From: Candidatus Kaiserbacteria bacterium
GTDB lineage: Bacteria > Patescibacteriota > Minisyncoccia > Phycocordibacterales > Phycocordibacteraceae
Length of the DNA stretch: 64,000 nt
Reading direction: 5' to 3'
Assembly: GCA_016182485.1 (NCBI GenBank)
Contig: JACPGH010000002.1
Coordinates: 26,608-90,607 of the forward strand
Shown: positions 28,164 through 35,831 of the stretch, piece by piece
Layout of the letters: each line of letters begins with the position of its first letter
Position numbering within the stretch: position 1 is the stretch's first letter
Program-made: the position numbers and the translations under genes
Notes under the pieces: generated by a model
Database searches by the model: none
The model's input: the letters and a program-made list of their open reading frames with translations, nothing else
Told to the model about the DNA's origin: nothing

Positions 28164-28661
28164 ATGCTGCCATGGATCCAGCAGTTGAACGAGCGGATGA
28201 AGCAGGTCGACACGAGGCCTCTCCTCGAGCAGCTGGAGCTTGGAGCCAAGCTCCAGCCTCATGAGCACATCGTCGGAAAGCTTTCCGATGAGATGCTCCG
28301 GCTCTTCGGCGTCGTCCTCGCGCAGGGGATGGAGATGATTAGCCACATGGGGCGCTGCGCGGATCTGTTCGACCGGCTCCCGGAGATGGAGTCGGAACTC
28401 GAGATCGAGGCGAGGATAAGGCCCCTCATGTCGGAGGGCGCGGAGCTCTCCCGACGGCTACAGCTCACCGAGGACCTGTTCTGGGCGTCGATCATATTCG
28501 AGTTCCCCGAGGCCGCGAACAGGAATCGCGGGATTCGGGCGGGCGGGCGGGTCGTCGTCTGGGAGACCGAAGCCGACCCGCGGCGGATGCGCCAGCAGAT
28601 GGCCGCAGGCGAGCTTGCGGCCATCATAAGCAAGCTGGAGCAAATCCACCTCCGCAACTAG
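28164..28661 (+). CDS. Hypothetical protein (165 aa) in a self-contained cassette
   Basis: TTGACA at 28090, SD AAGGAGG before ATG, and hairpin GGGCGCCGA...TCGGCGCCC + T-run at about 28669-28704. Confidence 0.7.
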   Translation: MLPWIQQLNERMKQVDTRPLLEQLELGAKLQPHEHIVGKLSDEMLRLFGVVLAQGMEMISHMGRCADLFDRLPEMESELEIEARIRPLMSEGAELSRRLQLTEDLFWASIIFEFPEAANRNRGIRAGGRVVVWETEADPRRMRQQMAAGELAAIISKLEQIHLRN

Positions 28662-28776
28662 GGCTGGCGGGCGCCGAACCCTTCTGGGTCGGCGCCCGGT
28701 TTTTCTACCTTCTCTAATTCGAGCGCGGTGCCCGTCCGTAGCTACAAGCGGAGGAGGGAATAGGCGAATAAGTCCG

Positions 28777-28841
28777 TTGTGAAGGTCTGACCTTCACAAG
28801 CTGTGAATCTGCAATGTCTTCTGTGAAGGTCAGACCTTCAC
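28777..28841. repeat. Palindrome doublet, right copy of the 65-bp direct repeat
   Basis: Identical to 28007-28071 except the central A/T of the first palindrome. Confidence 0.95.
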
Positions 28842-28926
28842 AATGCGGTCGTCGCCCAAGTTAGGCATCCGATGTTTATTAAAAGGTAGCGCTCAAGCAT
28901 GGACATATAACTACAACGGGCCGCTC

Positions 28927-29571
28927 CTAGACAAGGAGACGGCCCATGTAATTCACCGCAGACCATAGCCAGACTGAAGACATCTTCTCGGCGAACTGCA
29001 AAGGATTGAAGACGATGTCTCTGGGGAAGGCTGCGTACGTCACCGCGAGCGACAGAGCAATCAGAGTCACATACGCGGCAAGTATCGCTGACCGACCGCG
29101 TCGATTGAGACGGGATATGCGCGCGGGCGTTCTGATCGCGCGCACCACTTTGTATCCGTCGTGTGACCCTACCGGGATGAGGTTAATAAGCGCGCCAAGT
29201 GCTTCAAGCGGAGCGCCGAACAGAATCACCTCATCGCCGGTTACGGTTCCCGTGGCGAACAGACCGATCCCGTAAAGAAGTTGGTACGTCGGCCCCGTCA
29301 GGCTGATGAAGCTGCCAACCCACCAATTCATTATCCTCGCTCGGTACATACACCAGCCAGCGAACCATGGGAACAAGTAGATGCCGCGCACCGGGACTCC
29401 GTGCCATCGTGCCGCATGAGCATGGCCGAGCTCGTGTACCGCCAAACCAATAAAGAGAATGGCGGAAAGCCGGGGACTGAAAATGCTCATGTAAGCAAGT
29501 AAGCAGAGCAGGGCGAGGCACGTCTTGCCGAACGGCACTCTATCGGCCAAGTTTGAAAGAGCTGCTTTCAA
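28927..29571 (-). CDS. Site-2 protease family (M50) membrane metallopeptidase
   Basis: HELGH and NLIPVGSHDG motifs; multiple TMs; SD AGGAGG before TTG. Confidence 0.8.
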   Translation of the reverse strand: MKAALSNLADRVPFGKTCLALLCLLAYMSIFSPRLSAILFIGLAVHELGHAHAARWHGVPVRGIYLFPWFAGWCMYRARIMNWWVGSFISLTGPTYQLLYGIGLFATGTVTGDEVILFGAPLEALGALINLIPVGSHDGYKVVRAIRTPARISRLNRRGRSAILAAYVTLIALSLAVTYAAFPRDIVFNPLQFAEKMSSVWLWSAVNYMGRLLV

Positions 29572-29607
29572 GTCTGCCCTCCTGGGGCGGCTGATTTACT
29601 GTTATCC

Positions 29608-29636
29608 ATCATACATGATATGACGTCACTTGTCAA
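29608..29636 (-). promoter_or_regulatory. Near-consensus sigma70 promoter of the M50 gene
   Basis: TTGACA-17 nt-TATGAT on the minus strand. Confidence 0.75.
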
Positions 29637-29820
29637 TATCATACGAACCCGCCCTCCGAGCTTCGATCTTGCGGGAGCGATGACGACGGCGAGATTTACC
29701 GAGACGAAAAAGAAGGTATTTAGGGACTTACGATGTCCCTAATTCGCTACCTTCTCTAATTCGCGCGGTGCTATATATCATCTCCCCGACCAATCATTTA
29801 CATCTGATCCGCACAAAGGG

Positions 29821-30057
29821 ATGGGAGAACTGGAATATACGAGCGTCGAACCAGTTACGCCCTGGGCAAGAGAAGAACACGAGTCGGCGCTGGACGCAAT
29901 GGTACGTCATGGCGTACAGGTCTATTTCGTGGATCCAGAAACGTTCGCACGGATACAAACATCCCCGGATCACGGGTATGACATATTGAAAACACTCGAG
30001 TCAGAGAATCAGCGCCGCGGCGTCAATGCTACAGATTTGCCCGGTACGGAGGCTTAA
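29821..30057 (+). CDS. Small hypothetical protein or gene fragment (78 aa)
   Basis: Protein-like composition, fills the gap before the ABC genes; family not recognised. Confidence 0.45.
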   Translation: MGELEYTSVEPVTPWAREEHESALDAMVRHGVQVYFVDPETFARIQTSPDHGYDILKTLESENQRRGVNATDLPGTEA

Positions 30058-30091
30058 TTCTGACTTCTCGGAGTTTTGTTATAACAACCCG

Positions 30092-31048
30092 GTGTTAAAT
30101 CCAGATAACGCGATAGAAATACGCGGCTTAAAAAAATCGTTCAAAAAGACAGTCGTTCTGAAGGGGCTCGATCTCGAGGTGAAGCGCGGCACGATGCTCG
30201 CCTTGCTCGGACCGAACGGAGCGGGGAAGACGACTACGGTACGGATCTTGAGTACGCTTATCCCGCCCGATGAAGGAGAGGCGCGCGTGCTCGGTTTCGA
30301 TGTGGTGCGGGAGGCGCGGAGAGTACGGGAGGTCATCGGGCTTACCGGCCAGTATGCCGCTGTGGACGAGTATCTCACCGGCCGAGAAAATCTCGAGATG
30401 ATGGGCAGACTCTATCATCTCTCTCGCGAGGCGAGCCGGCGGCGCTCTAGCGAGCTGCTCGGCCAGTTCGATCTAGGCGAGGTGGCCGATCGTGCCGCGA
30501 AGACGTACTCGGGCGGGCTGCGCCGCCGGCTCGACCTCGCGCTCTCGCTCATGGCCAAGCCGCCAGTTCTCTTCCTCGATGAGCCAACGGCCGGCCTCGA
30601 TCCGCGCTCTAGGCTCACTATGTGGGAGATCATAGAGAAACTCATGGACGAGGGATCGACGATCCTTCTCACGACCCAGCATCTCGAAGAGGCCGACAAG
30701 CTCGCGGACCGAATCGCCGTGCTCGACCGCGGGAAGATCATCGCGGCCGGTACCGCCGACGAGCTCAAGGCGAAGGTCGGCACCGAAAGGATCGAGGTCA
30801 TAATCGACCGCGGAAGCAATTTCAAGAAGGCCGCCGAGATCATTACCGGAGAAGGGAAGCAGATGGACGAGAAAGAGCGGAGCCTCTCTGTGTCGACGGA
30901 TGGAAGCGTGCTCGAAATAAAGAAAATCCTAGACGGCATCTACAGCGCGGGAATCGATATCGAAAGCATGTCCGTACACAAACCTACTCTCGACGATGTG
31001 TTCATGCGCCTCACTGGCCGCGAAGCCGAGGAAGGCACGGAAACTTAA
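30092..31048 (+). CDS. DrrA-type ABC exporter ATP-binding subunit
   Basis: GPNGAGKTT, YSGG, LFLDEPT and C-terminal PTLDDVF; GTG start at 30092. Confidence 0.92.
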   Translation: MLNPDNAIEIRGLKKSFKKTVVLKGLDLEVKRGTMLALLGPNGAGKTTTVRILSTLIPPDEGEARVLGFDVVREARRVREVIGLTGQYAAVDEYLTGRENLEMMGRLYHLSREASRRRSSELLGQFDLGEVADRAAKTYSGGLRRRLDLALSLMAKPPVLFLDEPTAGLDPRSRLTMWEIIEKLMDEGSTILLTTQHLEEADKLADRIAVLDRGKIIAAGTADELKAKVGTERIEVIIDRGSNFKKAAEIITGEGKQMDEKERSLSVSTDGSVLEIKKILDGIYSAGIDIESMSVHKPTLDDVFMRLTGREAEEGTET

Positions 31049-31051
31049 CGT

Positions 31052-31828
31052 ATGGAGAGACGACTCTATTGGATATTATCCGATTTCTTAGTCCTCGTCG
31101 GGAGGAGTTTGAAGCATATTTTTAAAAATATGGATCAGCTGCTTTCGCTCACGATCCAGCCGGTCATGTTCATGCTCTTGTTTGGGTACGTATTCGGAGG
31201 AGCGATCCAGACTGGCGGCGTGAGTTATATCAATTTCCTCGTGGCCGGCATCCTCGTACAGATGAGCGCTTTCGGCGCGACGACGACCTCGCTCTCTATC
31301 GCGACCGACATGCGCCGAGGAATAATCGACCGCCTCAAGACGCTCCCGATCCTGAGTTCCGCCGTCATGGTCGGACATGTAACGGCCGATCTTGTTCGCA
31401 ATCTCGTTTCTGCGGCGGTGCTTATCGCCGTCGCTTTCCTGATGGGCTTTCGGCCGGTAGCCAGCGTCTCCGATTGGCTCGCAATAGTCGGACTACTCAT
31501 TATATTCACTCTCGCGATCTCCTGGCTCTTTACGATCGCGGGACTACTGGCGAAAAGCATCGAAGCGGTGCAGTGGATGGGCTTCTTCATCGTATTCCCG
31601 CTCACCTTCGCGAGCGCAGCCTTCGTGCCGACGGAAAGCATGCCGAAATATCTCAGGATATTTGCGGAGAACCAGCCGGTCACGCACACCATCGAAGCCA
31701 TTCGGGCCTACATGCTCGGCCTGCCCGTCGGGAGCCACGCACTAATCGCCACTTTGTGGTGGCTCGCAGTCATAGCCATTACAATCCCTGTCGCCGGGTC
31801 TCTGTTTCGGACCCGGATCTTGAGTTAG
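31052..31828 (+). CDS. DrrB-type ABC-2 permease
   Basis: 'QPVMFMLLFGYVFGGAI', 'FASAAFVP...MP...FAENQPVT'. Confidence 0.9.
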   Translation: MERRLYWILSDFLVLVGRSLKHIFKNMDQLLSLTIQPVMFMLLFGYVFGGAIQTGGVSYINFLVAGILVQMSAFGATTTSLSIATDMRRGIIDRLKTLPILSSAVMVGHVTADLVRNLVSAAVLIAVAFLMGFRPVASVSDWLAIVGLLIIFTLAISWLFTIAGLLAKSIEAVQWMGFFIVFPLTFASAAFVPTESMPKYLRIFAENQPVTHTIEAIRAYMLGLPVGSHALIATLWWLAVIAITIPVAGSLFRTRILS

Positions 31829-31854
31829 CCCCGAATAGGCGAACAATGGCCATC

Positions 31855-31919
31855 TGTGAAGGTCAGACCTTCACAAGCTGAGAATTTTCGGCGCTTTCTG
31901 TGAAGGTCAGACCTTCACA
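31855..31919. repeat. Doublet of the 21-bp palindrome, 23-nt spacer
   Basis: Copies at 31855-31875 and 31899-31919; spacer AGCTGAGAATTTTCGGCGCTTTC. Confidence 0.95.
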
Positions 31920-32003
31920 TCGAACCCGTTCGGTCGGACTTTGCTTTGAGAATCCACTGCGGCGGATAAGATGCGCGGTGATTGGTGATACGATTAGGGG
32001 CAT

Positions 32004-32171
32004 ATGGCGACGAATGAAAAACCGGGGCGAGGGAGAAAGGGGGTGGTGAAGAATCGTACGCAGGTCTTCAGCGGGCGGAATAAGCGCTGGACGAAGAAGG
32101 GAGCCGACGGGAAGTTCATGGATCAGATGACGCACAAGGGCGCGAAGTTCAAGGGCGTGCGTATCAAATAA
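32004..32171 (+). CDS. Small basic protein (55 aa), below the ORF-track cutoff
   Basis: MATNEKPGRGRKGVVKNRTQVFSGRNKRWTKKGADGKFMDQMTHKGAKFKGVRIK*; TACGAT -10 box upstream. Confidence 0.7.
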   Translation: MATNEKPGRGRKGVVKNRTQVFSGRNKRWTKKGADGKFMDQMTHKGAKFKGVRIK

Positions 32172-32212
32172 TACTCACGGGAAGTTCATTACTCCTCATG
32201 TATAGGCGAGTA

Positions 32213-32419
32213 ATGGCGCGAAAGTACGGCAGAAGGGCGCAAAAGAAAGTCGAACAGACGATGCATGAATACAAGCGCGGCAAGCTAAAGAGCGGCCGTG
32301 CGGGTAGGCGCGTGAAGAATCCGAAGCAGGCGATAGCGATCGGGCTCTCGCAGGCGCGGCGGGCGGGCGCGAAGGTGCCGGCCCGGCGCCGCCCGCGCGG
32401 GCGGCGCCGGGCCGGATAA
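32213..32419 (+). CDS. Small basic protein (DUF6496-like)
   Basis: 'KVEQTMHEYKRGKLKSG...KQAIAIGLSQARRAGAKVP'. Confidence 0.8.
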   Translation: MARKYGRRAQKKVEQTMHEYKRGKLKSGRAGRRVKNPKQAIAIGLSQARRAGAKVPARRRPRGRRRAG

Positions 32420-32491
32420 AGGGTGGGGAATTCTCCGAATTCCAGAGCCAGGACGGGGTACACTATATCCATTACCAGTTAGACAACCGAT

Positions 32492-32863
32492 ATGGATATC
32501 GCACTCGTCGCTGCCAAGATATTAGGGACCTATCTTATTGTGAGCGGGCTCTTCCTCATCTTCCGCGGGAAGACGGTTCCGCATTTGCTTAAAGATTTCT
32601 TCGACCACCCGGCAGTCATGTATCTCGCCGGCGCCATGCTTATTTTCCTATCTTCGGCCTATCTTTCCCAAAGCAATGTCTGGGACGGGACGTGGCGTAC
32701 CGTTCTCACGATATTTGCCTGGCTCGTACTCATCAAGGGCGTCGGATATATTCTCATGCCGGACGCATTGCATAAGGCCGTCAGCCGGAAAGTGCTCGAA
32801 TCCTTGAATCTCTACGGGCTAGTCGCGATGGCGATGGGCCTCGCGCTCTTCTACGTCGGCTAG
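32492..32863 (+). CDS. Hypothetical integral membrane protein (4 TM)
   Basis: Hydrophobic pattern throughout. Confidence 0.75.
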   Translation: MDIALVAAKILGTYLIVSGLFLIFRGKTVPHLLKDFFDHPAVMYLAGAMLIFLSSAYLSQSNVWDGTWRTVLTIFAWLVLIKGVGYILMPDALHKAVSRKVLESLNLYGLVAMAMGLALFYVG

Positions 32864-32920
32864 CAATCCGTAGATATACGTCAGCCGCGCATGAGTGCTC
32901 GGTAAGTTATACTGGTTCAT

Positions 32921-33277
32921 ATGAACGAATCACCGCCGAATGAGAATGCGGAAGAAAGACGGCTTGTCCAAGCAGGACTCGAGCTGCAGCGGCAGGATAA
33001 GGAAGATCCCGAACGCGCGCCCATTGTGCGGATAGCACATAAGGTTGCCATGGAAGTGTACCGTGGGAATGAAGCATTGCTTAGAGACATTGAATCCTTT
33101 CGCAGGGATTTTCTGGAACATTTCGGAAAGTCCGAAGGGCAGAAATATAGGCTCTATCACGCACTCTCCGGAAGCACCCCTCTCGGCTCAGCCATTTATT
33201 TCGACGCAGAAGGAGAGTGGTCCATAGAGGCGAAAGCGCGCGAACTCGCCGAGCGGTATCACATCGATATAGAATAA
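32921..33277 (+). CDS. Hypothetical protein
   Basis: TATACT 7 nt before ATG; runs directly into the helicase gene. Confidence 0.65.
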   Translation: MNESPPNENAEERRLVQAGLELQRQDKEDPERAPIVRIAHKVAMEVYRGNEALLRDIESFRRDFLEHFGKSEGQKYRLYHALSGSTPLGSAIYFDAEGEWSIEAKARELAERYHIDIE

Positions 33278-33283
33278 GAGCGC

Positions 33284-34972
33284 ATGACCCAAGGCGAGGC
33301 GCTCTCGATTCTCAAGACCGGCGCGAACGTATATCTCACCGGCGAGCCGGGAAGCGGCAAAACGCACGCGATAAATGAATTCATCGCGTGGCTGCGTCTT
33401 TCAGGGATAGAGCCGGCTATCACGGCCGCGACCGGCATCGCGGCGACGCACGTCGGCGGCATGACACTGCACTCGTGGAGCGGAATCGGCATTGCCGAGT
33501 CGCTCTCGCGCGCCGATATAGATCGCATCGCCGGGAAGGAGCATGTCGCCCGCAGGCTCCAAAAAGCCTCAGTGCTTATCATCGAAGAAATCTCCATGCT
33601 CTCCGCGGCGACATTCGAGATGGCGGATGCCATTTGCCGCGAAGCGCGCCGTGCCGAGCTCCCATTTGGCGGGCTCACGGTCATCCTCGTCGGAGACTTT
33701 TTCCAATTGCCGCCTGTGGCGCGTGTTCAGGCGATGTCCGTGCGCTTCGCTTACGCTTCGCCCGTTTGGGACAAATTAAACCCGATCACCTGTTACCTAA
33801 CAGACCAATATCGGCAGGATGATGTTGAATTTCTTGGCGTACTCTCGGCGATACGCGCCGGAGAGGTCGAAGAGGCTCATTATGAAGCGCTCATGGCGCG
33901 GCATACGGAGCCTGGCACCCCGCCCGCCTGCGCTCCGAAATTATTTTCGCATAATGCCGACGTCGATCGAATAAACGCGCAGGAACTCGCGAAGCTACCG
34001 GGCAAAGCGAAGACTTTCCGGATGAACGCGAAAGGGAAGGAGCAATTTGTAGAAGGGCTGAAGCGCGGGTGCCTCTCGCCGGAAATTCTCGAACTGAAGG
34101 AGGGCGCGGCGGTCATGTTCACGAAAAACTCTCCCCAAGGGAAGTTCGTCAACGGGACGCTCGGCGTTGTCGCGGGTTGGAGCTTCGATGGCTCGCCGAT
34201 TGTTGAGATACGCAGCCCCTCGACAAGCTCGGGACATCGGTTCCGCGTAACCGCGGAACCGATGGAATGGCAGCTTGAGGAACAAGGGAAGGTGCGCGCG
34301 AGTATCTCGCAATTGCCCCTACGGCTCGCCTATGCGATGACAGTCCACAAGAGCCAAGGAATGAGCATGGATGCGGCGGTCATCGATCTCTCGAAAGCCT
34401 TTGAATACGGGCAGGGATATGTGGCGCTCTCGCGGGTGCGGCGATTAAGCGGAGTGCATCTCACCGGCTTAAACGCGCGCGCGCTCGAAGTCCATCCGGA
34501 AATTCTTGAAAAAGACAGGGAATTCCGCGCCGCGTCTGACGCGGCGCGGGAAGCATTTGCGGCTCTGCCAAGCGCCGAGCTCGCAGGCATGCAGAAAAAA
34601 TTCGTCAAAGCCATAGGCGGCGCTTGGCCCAATCCCTCGCAATCGCTCGGGACGGCCCGGCAGCCCGGCTCGGCCGGGCTGCCGGGCCGTCTGGCAGAAA
34701 CCCTGCAGACCGTGCGGGATGCGAACGATTTAAATGCAGCGGCGAAGGCGCGCGGACTCACCGTTTCCACCATCGTGAAGCATTTGGAAGAACTGGCCGA
34801 AATAGGGAAGCTCGCCAGCGCTGATTTCGAGCACCTTATTTCTCAAGGCGAACTGCACGAGATCGCCGAAGCCATAGAAGCTGCCGGCCGCGAGCGCCTC
34901 TCGCCCGTTTATCATGCGCTCGGCGGCCGGCACTCATTCGAAACTATCCGGCTTGTCCGCCTTCTCAAGTAA
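33284..34972 (+). CDS. PIF1-family SF1B DNA helicase with C-terminal helix-turn-helix
   Basis: GEPGSGKT, TLHSW, IEEISML, GDFFQLPP, QYRQ, AMTVHKSQG and YVALSR motifs. Confidence 0.92.
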   Translation: MTQGEALSILKTGANVYLTGEPGSGKTHAINEFIAWLRLSGIEPAITAATGIAATHVGGMTLHSWSGIGIAESLSRADIDRIAGKEHVARRLQKASVLIIEEISMLSAATFEMADAICREARRAELPFGGLTVILVGDFFQLPPVARVQAMSVRFAYASPVWDKLNPITCYLTDQYRQDDVEFLGVLSAIRAGEVEEAHYEALMARHTEPGTPPACAPKLFSHNADVDRINAQELAKLPGKAKTFRMNAKGKEQFVEGLKRGCLSPEILELKEGAAVMFTKNSPQGKFVNGTLGVVAGWSFDGSPIVEIRSPSTSSGHRFRVTAEPMEWQLEEQGKVRASISQLPLRLAYAMTVHKSQGMSMDAAVIDLSKAFEYGQGYVALSRVRRLSGVHLTGLNARALEVHPEILEKDREFRAASDAAREAFAALPSAELAGMQKKFVKAIGGAWPNPSQSLGTARQPGSAGLPGRLAETLQTVRDANDLNAAAKARGLTVSTIVKHLEELAEIGKLASADFEHLISQGELHEIAEAIEAAGRERLSPVYHALGGRHSFETIRLVRLLK

Positions 34973-34993
34973 AGAGGTTAAACCTCTTTACTT
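34967..34993. repeat. 27-bp palindrome providing both stop codons of a convergent gene pair
   Basis: AAGTAAAGAGGTT-A-AACCTCTTTACTT; second copy at 42995-43023. Confidence 0.9.
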
Positions 34994-35787
34994 TCGAGCA
35001 ATGCTTCGATGAGACGGGCGGTGTCGGAAGGGGAGTTAACGCTTTTGGTCCCGACGTTCGTTTTGAATACAGCTTCATCATTGCCGCCCTCGGTGAGCTG
35101 ATCGCCGATGTACAGCGCTTCAGATTCGGGAATGTTCAAACGCTCGCACAATTTGCGGATGCCGTAAGCTTTATCAATACCCGACTTTGTCACATCGATC
35201 GACGTTGCACCTCCCATTCTCACGGAAAACTGCGGCAGGCGTTCGGCAAGCGCCGCCTGCAGCGCGCGCCGCTTCGACTTATCCGGGTCCCATGCCTGCT
35301 TCTCTTTTACCGGCGCTTTCTGGCCGAGCGCCGAGAGCGTAACTTGGCTGCCGCGGTACTCGACGCGCTCGCCCCAGGCGGGAGCCGAAAAATCGATAAG
35401 GCCCGTGTGAGTCGCCGCGTCGCGCATCGCCCTTTCAATATGGCTGGCATCCGCCTCGGAGAGGCGTTCTTCGTACACTTTTTTCCAAGCGTCCGCGCTT
35501 GTCCCGAGCGATTTATCCTGAGCGGAGTCGATGGAAGTCGAGGGACTATATTCATACAACGTCGCCCCGCTAGTGGGGAGGAGATAGAGGTTCCTTAAAT
35601 TCGCTTCCGGGGGAAGCCGGTCTACGACCTGTTTCAAAAATTGAGGGAGAGCGCCGCCGGAAATGATCGCGACTTGCGTAGCGGCGAGCAGGCGCGCGAG
35701 CAGGCCGGCCATTTCTAGCGAGAGCGGCTGCTTGCTCTCCGCGAGCGTGCCGTCGAGATCGAAAATTATTAGTTTGTGCATACGCAT
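34978..35787 (-). CDS. HAD-IIB hydrolase (eukaryotic-type phosphomannomutase-like)
   Basis: FDLDGTL, IISGG, E-RGSQ, GG-TSIDV, DKAYG and IGD...GGND motifs. Confidence 0.85.
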   Translation of the reverse strand: MRMHKLIIFDLDGTLAESKQPLSLEMAGLLARLLAATQVAIISGGALPQFLKQVVDRLPPEANLRNLYLLPTSGATLYEYSPSTSIDSAQDKSLGTSADAWKKVYEERLSEADASHIERAMRDAATHTGLIDFSAPAWGERVEYRGSQVTLSALGQKAPVKEKQAWDPDKSKRRALQAALAERLPQFSVRMGGATSIDVTKSGIDKAYGIRKLCERLNIPESEALYIGDQLTEGGNDEAVFKTNVGTKSVNSPSDTARLIEALLESKEV

Positions 35788-35831
35788 TGCTCACTCGAAC
35801 ATGCGCCTCGAAGGACACGCATAATGCCGCA

